The notes below the pieces were generated by a model that searched no databases, was not told where the DNA came from, and saw only the letters and a program-made list of their open reading frames with translations. From Convolutriloba macropyga (Eukaryota), in contig NC_134469.1 in the NCBI RefSeq assembly GCF_964194025.1, forward strand, positions 51,770,001 to 51,834,000: a stretch of DNA of 64,000 bases. Reading direction: 5' to 3'. The position numbers and the translations under genes were made by a program. This document shows positions 38,209 through 51,188 of this stretch, in pieces. The first letter of the stretch is position 1. Each line of letters opens with the position of its first letter.

Positions 38209-38758
38209 TTATGACTTTGAGCTGCCTCTTGAAGATCTCGATTTTGATCTAGATCTAGAGTTCTCTTTGCTACGAGTCCTCAAGCGCTCTTTTTGGGGGG
38301 AAGCGCTGCCTGATGCCTTTCTGTCTCTGGAACTTCTCTTCCTTTCTCGGCTGGCCTTCCTATCCCGTGGACTTCGACTGGCCTTTCGTTCTCTCGAACT
38401 CCGACTCGACCTTCTCTCTCGAGGACTCCTACTGCGTCGTCGCTCATGGGGACTACGGCTGCTTTTACGATCTCGTGGACTTCGACTACGATGTCCACTT
38501 CCTCCCTTTCGTTCTTCGACACGTCCTCTTGACCGTGATTTATCCCGTCGATGTCTGGAGTCACTTCTGTCCCGGCGTCTGCTGTCATCTCTTTTTCGGT
38601 TCGATCCGGACCTAGATCGGCGTCTATCTCTGCTTCGAGAGCGCCTATCTCTGCTCCTAGAGCGCCTATCTCTGCTTCGAGAGCGCCTATCTCTGCTTCG
38701 AGAGCGCCTATCTCTGCTTCGAGAGCGCCTTCTCGTATCACGATCACGGCTGCGAGAC
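38209..38758 (-). CDS. Coding exon 3 (RS domain) of the RRM + zinc-knuckle SR protein
   Basis: Acceptor gtttaag| at 38759-38761, phase 2 matching the donor at 53416; reads KSRSRDRDTRRRSRSRDRR...SRSKSRSSRGSSKS to TAA at 38209-38211. Absent from the ORF track because this exon has no start codon. Confidence 0.85.
38620..38730. repeat. Coding 21-bp tandem repeat, about 5 copies (SRSRDRR)
   Basis: Unit gagagcgcctatctctgcttc, near-identical copies. Confidence 0.95.
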
Positions 38759-38902
38759 CTTAAACATTGTCAGTTTTATCAGTAGGATCATATCACTCAA
38801 TATCTAAGAGCTAGTTTTTCTATCGCTGAAACCTTTTTAAAACATAGCCTACAATTTGCCGGAAAATAGCCAACGCTGACGAGATAGACGCACATCGGGA
38901 TT

Positions 38903-39512
38903 TGTTGGGTTATGGACTTTCGCAAGCGGAATAAAAAGCGTTTTTAACTAAGTAAAAGAATTAATTTCTCAAAAAAAGAGAGAATAACAAAATGATATTT
39001 TACAGAAGAATTTAGAGATTTACAGGAGAGATCTGATTATTAGATCAAGATGGTGATTTGAATTTGGGGATGAAAAAGGACTCAAAAATCAGCTGTATAT
39101 ATACCCATTATCAGTGTGAAAAAGTCAAGATACAAAACTAATCTGAGCACCGTGATTTATAGTGGGGGTCGCAAGGGTTACCCAATATGGTTTGCTTCTG
39201 CAAATCAGTCGCAATGGGAACCATAAATGGAATGCATTTGCACTTTTCTAAGAATTCATTCACACTTCCGGAGATATCATCATCATTTAATACATGCTGG
39301 GAAGATTTTACATCAATTAATCTAACTCTAATAATAGTTATCTAGATTCACCAATTTGAACCGAATATTGATTCTCAGCACCATTTCTTGACTATTCATT
39401 TATATAATTTCTTTGATCAAAGTCATATTGCTTGTCTTTCTAATCTGGTAAGTCAAACTTTCTTTCTAATTCTCACTAAGTTTAAGACTATAGTTTGATC
39501 GATATTCTAACA
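38903..39512 (-). repeat. 3' LTR (610 bp)
   Basis: Matches 43831-44440 with 7 substitutions by manual comparison. Confidence 0.97.
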
Positions 39513-39519
39513 CCCCCAC

Positions 39520-42500
39520 TCAGACTTGAGCTGATTGCGTAGAGTCTGCTCCCATCAAAACTGCACTGAATGTTTCCACTTTCGAAACGGGTAAGGACTT
39601 TGGGAAGATGTCCGCTGCCATTTTGTCTGTAGGGACGTAATGAATTGAAATATTCCCATCCTCAGTCTTGTCACGAATCAAGTGGAACTTTGTCTCGATG
39701 TGCTTGCTCCTCTTGTGCATGACTGGGTTTTGGCAAAGTCTGATACAACTTTGGTTGTCCTCTCCAATTGCTATTGGACGTTTCTGTTGGATGCCAAAAT
39801 CCTCTAGAAGTTGTTTCAGGTAGAGTGCTTCCTGAACTGCTGCTGCCATGCCCTGATATTCTGCTTCTGATGAAGAAAGAGCAACTGTGGCCTGCTTCTT
39901 GACACCCCAGCTGAGTGCTGCGCCACGTCCGTTGAGCTTGAAGTAATAGCCCGTTGTTGATTTTCTGTCGTTCACGTCTCCAGACCAGTCTGCATCACTT
40001 TCCCCCACTAAATCATAACTAGCCTCTTTTGTGTAAGTAAGTTTTAAACCTTTTGAACCTTGAAGATATCGCAGAAGTCGTTTTCCGCACATCCAGTGTT
40101 GATTGGTAGGTGCATTCATGTGTCTGGACAGAATGTTGACTGTGAACATGATGTCTGGCCTCGTCTGTTTGGCCAGATACAGAAGTGATACAACCAAGCT
40201 TCTGTAGATCCTCTGGTCCACTTCTTCGTCTCCGTTCTGTGCTGTCTGAAGTTTCAAATTCAAATCAGCTGGAGTTCTTGAGGGTTTGCATTGATCCATT
40301 TGAAACCGCTCAAGCATTGTTTCTATGTAGCGTTCTTGGTCGACTGTGACTTTGCCCTCTTCTCGTCTGATTCTTAGACCCAGAAACCAGTGTAGTCTCC
40401 CTCTGTCTTCCATGTGAAAGGTTGCTTCTAGTGCCTTCCTGACATCAGAGACCACTGTCATACTTCTTGATGCTACTATGATGTCAACCCAGACCAAGAT
40501 GAAGGTGTGATCCTCTGCCTCTGATCTTGCGAACAAGCAGTGATCGTTCCTGCTTCTGGTGAACCCCTGTCTCAGTAGGAAGTTTGCCAGCTCTTTGTAC
40601 CAGTTGTTAGCAGCCTGTTTCAAACCATAAATTGATTTATTTAGTCGACATACTAACTTCTCCCCATCTGATCCGCGTTTTACAAACTCCTGTGGCTGTT
40701 CCAGATACACTTCTTCCTCGATTGGTGAGTGCAGGAAAGCAGTCTTGACATCAAATTGGTGCATCACATGGCCCTGCTTCGCTGATAGCTGAAGTAGAAT
40801 CCTGAATGTCTCTGGCTTATAGGTAGGCGCAAAAGTCTCAAAGTAGTCCAGTCCTTCCACTTGTTTGAAGCCTTTCGCCACATAGCGCGCTTTGTATTTG
40901 TCCACTTGACCACTGGTTCCCAATTTCACGTTGTAGACCCATTTGCCCCGTATGACGTCCCTGTCTGTGGGTGGTCTCACTAGGTTCCAAGTCTCGTTGT
41001 CTTGGAGTGCCTTGACCTCGTCCTTCATTGCCCGGTGCCACTGGTCCCAATCGTCACCTTGCTTGGCTTCGTACACTGTTTTGGGTTCCACATAGTCGCC
41101 CTCAGTCACAGCAAGATGGGTCCTGACTTCTCCAAAAAATTGCGGAACATTCCTTGCTCGTGTCCCTCGTCTGGGCTCTGCTCTGTCCGCGTGTTCCAGT
41201 GCGTCTTCATTGAAGCCAACTGTCTCTAACTGTGAGAAGTCTTCTGTGTCACTGTCTTCCAGTGACTCTGAGTCTCTGTAACTCCCTCTTGTTGCAGTAG
41301 ATCCTTCATCAGGTGCTGTTTCTCCAACATCTGAGGCCTCTGGTCTCAGTGTTGTTTCTTGAGTATTCACGCTCCCTGCGTCATGCCACTCCTCCTTTAT
41401 TGCAGTAGATGTGTCCTGTCGTTCTCTGTTGTCATCATCTTGATGACCATCATCTGGGTGCCAGATTCCCAGTTCCGACCCATCATCTAGTAGGTCAGCC
41501 GTTTCTTTGTTGTCAGGGATTGAGCCCACTTCAGACTCCTTGATGATCACATCTCGAACTGCCATCACCTTGCGTGTGTTGGGTATGTACACCAGGTATC
41601 CGTTTTCTCCTTCAGTGTAACCCACAAACTTTCCTTCCAGTGCCTTGGGTTCAAGTTTGCTGACTTCTCTGTCCCTCTTCCTCATGAAGACTGTGCAACC
41701 AAAAATAGATAATTTACTAATTGGAAGCTTAGGTTTTATACCTCTCATCAGCTCTGCTGGGCATTATTCTTCTCCTCGTCTCACAACTAAGTTTCTGATC
41801 CTTGCTGCGTGAAGAATTGCTGCTCCCCACATCATCTTGGGAAGTCCTGAGTCAATGAGCAAACATCTTGCCATCTCCAGCAGTGTCCTGTTGCACCTCT
41901 CAGCTAACCCATTCTGTTGTGGCGTCTCTGGTATGGTCTTTTCCTGTAGAATGCCTGCATCTAAGCAGTAGGTCTTGAACTGCTCTGAGAGAAACTCCTT
42001 CGCATTGTCTTGCCTCAGCTTCTTGGGCGTCCCCACACTGAGAACAAATTTCTACAGGCTGGCCAGTGCTTCACTCTTTGCCTTAAGCAAGTCCACAAAC
42101 ACAAACTTCGTGTACTGGTCTGCAAACACTATGCAGAACCGGAACCCGGACGGTGACTCTACTCTGAAAGGTCCCATCACGTCTGTGAACACCCTCCAGC
42201 TTCTCTTCTGCTTGGGTCTCTGCCACTCTTGGTACTTGAGTCTTTGTGATCTTGGCCAATGCACACACATTGCATACATCATCGAGTTCCCCCACTGTCT
42301 CTGGTGCATTCCTGACCACATCCGCTTAATTCAAATGACCCAACCGTCTGTGCCACTTCCTTGCACTGTCAAGTTTCACGCTGTTGGAACTCATCTTGAA
42401 TTCTAGAACGCTGCAGGGTAAGTAAAACAAATTATTTTCTTGTGTTAGTTTTACCCGAGTTCCCTTCTGGAGTTTCATGCAGCTGTTTCCTCTCTCGAAA

Positions 42501-43700
42501 GTGAAGCTATGTCCCCACTCCGTGCATCTTGAGACTGATAGGAGGTTTGAAGTATAGTCCGGCACAGACAGAACATTTTTGAGTTCGCATTGGAATTCCC
42601 CTTTGTTTGAGGGTATGCTGATCCTCACACAGCCTCTGCCCAACACACTGGAAGCCTCTCCGTTGGGATTTCTGACCACTGATTGAATGGGCAAAGTCCA
42701 GGAACGCATCGATGTTCGTCACTATGTGATCTGTACAACCACTGTCCACTAGCATGCCTGCTGTCTTCCACTGGGCAACAGCTGCCCAGCATTCCTCGTC
42801 TGGTGTAGCCAATATTGGACCCATTGCCACTGACTCATGTTGGCCTCCATCTCTTTGTCTCTTGCATGCCCTGTCTAGGTGACCCTTCTCACCACACTTG
42901 CTGCATTGTGCTGTCTCCTTCTTCCTGCAGTCCTTGGCAAAGTGTCCAGGGATCCCACACACAAAGCAGTTTCCTTTCTTGGGTCCCTTCTTGAAGTCAC
43001 GCTTCACTGCCAGTGCCACTGAACCACTTTGTCCCTTGTGTCTCTGCACCGTGCTCTCATGAAAGTTCTGCAGCCTTTTCCTCAACTCTGTGAAGTTCGT
43101 TGCCGGGTTGAAGCTTTCCTGTATAACAAAACTTTCATACCTCATTGGCAGACCATTGAGGACCAAGGCGTTGAAGAGGGTCTCTGAGACTGCTTCCCCT
43201 GCTTCTTGTAGCCTTGTGAGCAACTCCTGTCCTCTGATGAAGAAGCTGTCCAAATCCTCAGAATCCTCGAGCTGCAGTCGAGCAAGCTGTGCCACTAAAG
43301 TCACCACTGTCGGCGTCTCCACACTCTGAAATCTCTCTTGCAAAAGCTTCCAAGCCTTTGCTCCATCTCCAATGCGGTCATCTCCCACACAGTCATGTCT
43401 CATCAGCATGAGGGTTGTTGCATCTAGAGTCAGTGCCAAATGGCACCACACATTGTTCCGTTTCTCCTTGATGTCTGCAACTTCCTTCTCATATGCATCC
43501 TTCAGCACCTTGTGGTTCTTCTTCTCATCATTGGTTGCCCCATTGGCCAGTGGCGCAGGCTCATTGGGTTGCTCCTCTGTCCCCAGTAGTGATTTGTAGA
43601 GTCCCTTCGTCTGCATCATCGCCACAAATCTTGTGCTCCAGATTGGAAAGTCCTGTGCCTTTCCTGTGTAGGTCAGCAGCTTCACTGTCTGTTGATCCAT
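39520..43700 (-). pseudogene. Disrupted copia gag-pol polyprotein
   Basis: Two CCHC knuckles; protease LVDSGCTDH; WHRRLGH; integrase FTDV, RQDN, PQQNGLAER; RT YKARYVAKGF, DVKTAFL, YGLKQA; RNase H DADWSG, SSEAEY. Stops at 42326, 42052 and 41764; frameshifts near 42690 and 42195. Confidence 0.95.
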
Positions 43701-43814
43701 TGAAGTTTGAGCAGGCAAAACAGTTGTGAAAAGAAAAGGTACTAAGCAGAAAAGGATTATGACTGTCAACAACAAATTGGTTTTGTTTTGGAAATCAATT
43801 TTGACTTAGAAAAT

Positions 43815-43830
43815 TGCTGGGCCCATAACC
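43815..43830 (-). promoter_or_regulatory. Primer-binding site complementary to the internal (anticodon-arm) region of initiator tRNA-Met
   Basis: Minus strand GGTTATGGGCCCAGCA directly after the 5' LTR; plus strand TGCTGGGCCCATAACC equals the conserved tRNAiMet anticodon-arm sequence. Confidence 0.92.
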
Positions 43831-44440
43831 TGTTGGGTTATGGACTTTCGCAAGCGGAATAAAAAGCGTTTTTAACTAGGTAAAAGAATTAGTTTCTCAA
43901 AAAATGAGAGAATAACAAAATGATATTTTACAGAAGAATTTAGAGATTTACAGGAGAGATCTGATTATTAGATCAAGATGGTGATTTGAATTTGGGGATG
44001 AAAAAGGACTCAAAAATCAGCTGTATATATACCCATTATCAGTGTGAAAAAGTCAAGATACAAAACTAATCTGAGCACCGTGATTTATAGTGGGGGTCAC
44101 AAGGGTTAACCAATATGGTTTGCTTCTGCAAATCAGTCGCAATGGGAACCATAAATGGAATGCATTTGCACTTTTCTAAGAATTCATTCACACTTCCGGA
44201 GATATCATCATCATTTAATACATGCTGGGAAGATTTTACATCAATTAATCTAACTCTAATAATAGTTATCTAGATTCACCAATTTGAACCGAATATTGAT
44301 TCTCAGCACCATTTCTTGACGATTCATTTATATAATTTCTTTGATCAAAGTCATATTGCTTCTCTTTCTAATCTGGTAAGTCAAACTTTCTTTCTAATTC
44401 TCACTAAGTTTAAGACTATAGTTTGATCGATATTCTAACA
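43831..44440 (-). repeat. 5' LTR (610 bp)
   Basis: Direct repeat of 38903-39512; followed on the minus strand by the PBS. Confidence 0.97.
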
Positions 44441-44461
44441 GGATTGAAACAGAAAAAAAAG

Positions 44462-44985
44462 AACATAGCCGGCATATTGCCGGAATAGCTGCGAAAGAAT
44501 AGACCTGCGTGTCGTATAATAGAGATAGAAACAGATACAGATCTAAATTGAAAAAAAAATCGACGCCGCTCAAAAAACTTGGTAAAAAACATTCAGCGAT
44601 AAATTAATAACGCTTGTTACAATTCATTCCGCAGAAGCCTCTTATTAGGGACCTTTACTGCACATATGAGTTCCTTTGACCTTAAACAAATTCAAATTAA
44701 ACTTAAGTTTTAAAGTGCAAAAGTCATTTTATTGAGTGAGGTAAGTCACGTATGATCAAAATCTAATCAGGCAAATAACCTAAAAACTTTCGCTAAAGCC
44801 AGTGAGAAATGACGTCACGCGCGCAAATGCCGTTAGTGAGAGGAAGAAGTCATTCAGAAAATTTGACTTTTTCAGCTTTGCTGTGTTAACAAATGTAAAA
44901 CGAAAAAAGAGCGTCAGACGACGAAACAAAAAAACCAAGAGCACCGCAATATAGCTTCGCTCAGCTTACAGCTTCGCAGCTATAT
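44462..44985 (-). mobile_element. HINE family D, complete copy
   Basis: Palindrome CCGGCA-tat-TGCCGG (44469-44483); subTIRs ATAGCTGCGAA (44485-44495) / TTCGCAGCTAT (44973-44983); partial second copy at 52081-52360. Confidence 0.8.
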
Positions 44986-47900
44986 AAAAAAAGAAGAGAC
45001 CGAAATTGACAAAAATTTTACCTAAGTTTCAAAAATTGTTCTAATTCAGTGTACAGTTTCAGTTAGATAAACCTATACTTACTTTAGCTTCTAAATTAAA
45101 GGGTATTAAGCTAAATACTGATATCCACTAGCAATTGCTCTAATGAACTTTTATAACCTAATGCACTATGATTCAACGACCGGGATTTATCGGTTTATCC
45201 CGTTTTTGATTTTGCTCTTTTGACCTTGACTGTATTCATTACATTGCATAATTCAATGCGTGCAAGAATTTAAAATCCATTCAGTTGAAACAGTGAGTGA
45301 GGTAAGTCAGAATTCGGGAAACGATTCGGAGAGTCGTCTTCGTGAAAAAAATACCCTTCAAATCATCTGGTTCCTACTAAAGTGACTACAAAAAACAAAA
45401 ACTTCAGTAAAAAAAGATAGCCCATAAAACCAACTGAATTAAAAAATTATATTACACCTGTATATAGAAAACAAGCCAAATTTTTTGTACGCAACTGTAA
45501 ACATTAAAGTAAGAGAGCAGCAAAAGTCAAGCCATGTTTGGCCCCTATAATTTTATTTTGGAAGAAAAAGTTGAATACTGCAAGAAATGGCAAATGTTAG
45601 AAAATTTATCAATTTCCGTAAGTTCTCTCCAATCGAAACACTATTTTACAATATAAAAACAGCAATCAATTGGTAACAAAAAAAACTTTATCGCTTTAAC
45701 TATAAACGTTACTTGTCGCCCTAAATCACCATGAACTCGATAAAACTAAACAATGACCAAAAAATTATTCAAATAAAAATTAATCATGGAAAAGAGAGAC
45801 AGAACAATATTCAAAGGCAAAAAATCGTATGTTACCAAAACCAAGCACTTAGAAAATTCACAGAAGTGTTGTTTAAAATTTGTAAATTGAAGACAGTAAA
45901 ACCTCTGTGCCATATGTTGAAAAAAATCAAATGCAAACAAAAAACTTTGGAAAATTCAAAGGAAAAAGACCAAAATTATTAGTCCAAATTATTTTCAATT
46001 TAATAAAGGCAGTGCGAATAAAACTATAGGTCTAAAAAACTTGCTAGAAGGAAACATTCTAGAACGTGGACAAAACATGCATTGTAAAATAGATTTAAAA
46101 AACTAAATCGAAATTTCTGAAAAACCGTCAAACAAAATTGGAAACTCTAGTTAAAAACCAATAAAAATTGAGGTAAAAACAGAATTTCTCTATTAAGCAA
46201 AAGAGGTCTAAGAACATTACATAGCCATCTTCCTGTCTCAGTAAGTAAAAACAGCTCAATTGCGATAGTAAAACAATTTGAAAAAAATGTTCAAAATATG
46301 GTAACAAATTTTTCAGTGAATTTTAAAGAGTTATTGCCAAAAACAATTCAATGAGCAACAAAACGAAACCAAAGACACCTATGGTTCACCAAAACACTTT
46401 TTATGGTCAATAAACTCAAAGTAAAAACAGAAAACTAACAAAACTTTGACAAAAACTGCCAAAATCGGACTAGTGTGTACAATTATAAAACAAAAAACAC
46501 CTAAAAATAAAAAGAGGCATCCAATTTACTAATTGTGAAGAAAAAAAAGGCCGCTCAAAGAGCCAGAAATGAAGAAATTAATGGAAAAAAGCAAAAAGTT
46601 ACAAAAAATCGAGAAATATGGGCCAATTTTGCACGTGAAACGCACTATTAAGCTCTCAGAAACATTGTGGTATCAATTTCAGATGGTTGCATATTCATGC
46701 GGCATCGATTAAAATTTACTTCTACAAAAATCCAAGCTACAATAAAAAAAATTGGGCCATATGGACGAAAATACGGCTAAAAACTTATCTATTTGCGCCA
46801 ATCTCTCAAAAACTCTTTTCAAAGTCAAAAAGTCATTCGTTGAACGCCGCGCATGAACAAAAAACCGTTCACACATCAATTTTACTCACTTTCAGTATTA
46901 GGTCAAAATGCCGCCTGGACAAACAGTACCTCCGGGAAAAAAAATCCTCTTCGAGTCGTAAAAAAGGATAGCGCCTAAATAATAACCGTTTGAGAGGCTG
47001 ACGGCGGCTATTAAAAATTAGATAATCTGCTTTTCTAGTCTACAGAGAACCTTGAGGTGCGCTAGTTCACAAGAATCGTTAATTGATAAAAATTTGACGG
47101 AAACGAGAAATTTTTCAAACAAAATTACCGAAAAATAGCCTTCACCTTCGTTATGATTGTAACAGGCACCAAAAAAATGATAATTGACAATGTGTTAATC
47201 TTAAATTTCGAAATATCGTGTGTAATTGTTTGACGTATGTTTTCACATGAATAACAAACTCAAATTCAATTAGAGAGCAGAAGTAACTCTTTAACAAGAA
47301 AGAGTGTTAGACAGAAGTGACGCACAAATGTTGAACTGCTGATAGAAGTCATAGAACAAATGAGCAAAATAGACGACAAAGAAAATTCACCAGAGACGAA
47401 CTCGAAAAACGTAGCCAAAAAGGAGTTCGGAAACAACTACAACTATCGGGGGCACTCCCTCCCCCCCCCCGACAAGAAACCGCAAACTACATGGGAAAAG
47501 ACCTAAATTCAGCACTGGAATTATTATTCACAATATAGTTGAACAGAAAAAAGGGCCGCGCAACAATTCAATTTAATCATTTAGCTATTTGATCAAAATA
47601 CAACCAGGCGAGGTCCGGAACTGACTCCACGTACATCTCCGATACAAAACTAATCCTATAACTTCCTTAAAGCTCTGACAAAGTTCTAAAATTTGATCAA
47701 AGCAAACTGAAGAACAGACTAACGTGATTACGATCAAAATTGGCAAAGTCAATAGTGAGTTGAAAATCAGCATGAGAAAGTCTCAAGAAGAAACTCATAA
47801 TATAAACAGAGGAGAGCGCAACGTAAAACTAAAACCAGAGAGGCCAAAAAAATTAATAGAAGTATACGATAATGCAGCTCTACATATCTTGGCTCGATGC

Positions 47901-48104
47901 AAGTCTCCCTGAAAAAACAGAACGAGGCCCAGAAAACCAATTTACATTGTTATTAAAAGAAAGAGTGTTGAATTTCAAAAACGCTTCTGATTTTTATGCT
48001 TTATAAGTCCATTAGAAAACTACTTCATAAAAAAGAGTACAAAACAAACCAAACAACAAAACCACTTTATTGTAATACGTGTCTCTTTAAGGAGCCAGCT
48101 CCGC

Positions 48105-48497
48105 GTAAAAACAACAAATAAGGTCGGACAAATTGCTCTCGAACGACTGGCGAAGCACAAAAGTTAGCAGGGGGCGTAGGCTAGAGAAACTTTTACGGTC
48201 TAAAAATTTCCGAATGGGAGGAGTTCCAACCCGCGACATCTGGGATAAGAGTCGGGGATATTAACCTCTACGCTACACGGGCTATATACAACCATCTTTC
48301 GCAACCGGTATTATTTTAGCAAGAGACTTAATTTCTGAATGCGATCTGTTCAAATGTCACAGTTCAAAAAGTCAAGAGTAAAAAGTCACTCAAGTGATAT
48401 CGAAAAAATGTTCTCGAAGAGAACTGTTAAGCCAAAAAAACGCATAAAGACACAACGTTTACAATAATTAATTCAAACTTCAATAGAGAAGAATTAA
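48105..48497 (-). mobile_element. HINE family B copy with a tRNA-like cassette (48211-48283)
   Basis: gtcggacaaattgctctcgaacga start; minus strand TAGCGTAGAGG...CTCTTAT...GGTTGGAACTC. Confidence 0.72.
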
Positions 48498-51188
48498 AAA
48501 CTGGGTTAAAACAAGATGATCGAACGCCTTCTGTTTAACATTGACTATGCAAGTTTCTTTAAATTCTTTCCCAAGTTGCTACACGACACATTTTTGAAAT
48601 TGATTTTGCTCAAATAAATCATATCAACTCCCCATTGAAAAAAAAAATCTGTGCATTGACCTAATGACCCGTTTATTGAGGTTAATTAAAAAATTTTTCA
48701 CGTGGAGCTGAACCCATTTTCAAACATTCGGCAGACTGCCGAACAGGTTGCCGGATGTTGACTTCATCCGGTTAGTTGAAATCATGGTTAAAAAAGACCA
48801 AAAAAAGTAAATATTCAGATTGAATTCAATAAAGTTGTTCAAGCCAAAAAATCCTTAAAACTTTCTCGTTTGGACGTCCTCTATTAAGTTTCAAAATAGT
48901 TTAAGCTCAAAATTTAGATGTAATCAGCTAGTCAGATAATTCTTGTATGACAGATAGTTGTCAAATAACAAAACCTAAAAACTCATACCAAGAGAGTAAC
49001 TACTGACCACACCCTACACACAATTTTAGTTGCGTGAGAGATACAAGTCAGAGAAAATAGAACTTTGACTTCTTGGCAGGTGTTCAAAAGACTATAAATA
49101 AAAAATAGGTAAGATGACGAATTAAAAAACAACTGAATGAAACTACTGACCGGAAATTTATCATTTTTACAGCAATATCAAAAAAACATCGTCAATGAAG
49201 CCCATAACAAATCAAAACCAATTAGAAAATTTCTTTTTCCAAGATCCAATATTTCAAGAACCAGTAATAAAAAGAACGCGTTATCAAAATAATAATCAAA
49301 AACTATTTTCAAAACAATTACAAAAGACTAGACATTTTTCAAAGTCAGCAGCTTAAAAAGAAAAAAAAAACAATAAAACTACACGCCAAACTCCTTAGCC
49401 ACAGCATACAATAAAACCCAATTTTTAGCAGTTCCGACGGCTGAAAAAAAGGACAATATAAATACAAATAAAGGCAAGACACCTAATCAATTCAAAAAAA
49501 AATTATTTCAGACAATGAAAAACTTAGCCAAAAATACAGCCAACAATTGACCAAAAGTACATCCATCACACAGGAAGGCCAATAGGAGCTTATTTTCGAG
49601 ACCAAGCGATAAGACCGCATGAAAACAGAAACAATAAAGACAAAAATCGACAATACTGTTGTGGAGTGACAAAATCATACCACCTATTGCTATCAACTCA
49701 AGCACTAATTGGATTCACTTATTCCACATTAGCAACCACTGAAAGCAGCCAAAAATGAGACTAAAAGATAAGACAAAAATACCACCGACTATAGCAAAAA
49801 AAAACTGGCTAGTACCGTTTGAAAACAATTGGTCACCAAAAGCATTAGCTACGGACCGAAACAGTTAATTCGATCAAAACTCATCCTTAGAAACTAATGA
49901 GACCGGTCATTAATGATATTAAGTGATAAGACATAAAAAAGACGAGAATAAATACAACAAATACTAGGAAAGCATCATTAAGATTAAAAAGAAAGGTGTA
50001 TAAGTCAACGAAAGCAAAAGCTATCAACTGAAACAGTTATTTCGAGTAATTTACGCATCCATAGGAATCGATGAGACCTCTGAATAATGAGGCTAAGAAA
50101 CAAAACAAAGTGAAAAAAATGAAAAGTTATTATTTTTTCACAACAACCAGTGCCAAATTCATAGAAAGATGGAAACTGAAAAAATTAAATCAATTAAATT
50201 ATATGACCCCAGTAGCAACTAATGAGACCTTTCCGCAAAAAAGATTTAAATGACAGAACAAAACCAATTTCTCACTCCACTTTAGAATCATTTTGAAAAA
50301 AAAGCCTAAAACCTACTTGTTTTTGCTCTCTTTCAGCTACGCCAGTTTAACTAAAATCACCATTCTAATTGCCTTCTCATTGACGTGCAAGAGCCAAAAA
50401 ATGAACAGCCGGAAGACCCAAGAACCACCTCTAAGTAGATATTAACTCTGTTTAACTGTCTTCACAATCTGCGACTCCAAAACAACTATTGGCAAAACAG
50501 CTTACAAAATAGTTTTCAAAAATAGATTGAGACCTGCTAATGAAAACATGATTAACTGTATATACGCAAAAAAATGAGGAAAGGGAAAATAAAAAGATCA
50601 AAATTTTTACAAAAATTCCTACCAAATGGTAACGCGGAACTTCACAAAAATTGCGCCTCAAAACTTTCATTTTTTCATCAGTGAGAGACCACCCGAATCT
50701 TTTCTGAGACCTAAAAAACTTCAATTAAAAAAGGGAACCACAACAAATCAGAAGAAATCACAAATGTGTATCAATTATATCAGTATAACTCTCCTATATA
50801 ACCCTGAGAAGCTAGTTCGCAAAGAAATTTTTTTAAAAAAATAGGCAAAAATGTCAAAAGCTGATCAAAATGGGCCAAAATTTTATTTAAATTACTCAAA
50901 TTTCTGTAACAGACATGACTCAAAATAGTCATCACTCGAATCGAAAGATCGCCAAAACCACTAAAACATGGTCAATTAAAACACTCATAATTTAAAAATA
51001 CTGATGAAGATTGAGGAAAATGCTAAGAAAAAGCGTCCAACAGGGCAAATATTCAAAAGGCTCACAATTGCATCTAAACGTCTAAAAATTGCTTTGAATG
51101 GTCAACAAATTCCATGCCTATATTTACTAGCGATGATAATAGAGACAAACAACTCTGCAGAGAAGGGAGCAAGAATCAAAAGCAAAAA

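Larger units (their letters stand above)
38903..44440 (-). mobile_element. Full-length Ty1/copia LTR retrotransposon (5538 bp)
   Basis: TG...CA LTRs at 38903-39512 and 43831-44440; 5-bp target-site duplication GGATT (38898-38902, 44441-44445); PBS 43815-43830; polypurine tract next to 39513; gag-PR-IN-RT-RH order. Confidence 0.98.

Noticed and set aside
38090-38785. 231-aa plus-strand ORF and the 155-aa (IGALEAE)n coiled-coil-like ORF at 38280-38747
   Set aside because: Antisense and alternative-frame shadows of the RS-domain exon; the heptad pattern comes from the 21-bp repeat.
42326-42709. Programmed gag-pol frameshift or readthrough in the copia
   Set aside because: The break falls inside the protease and there are several other lesions; copia normally has a single ORF, so decay explains it.
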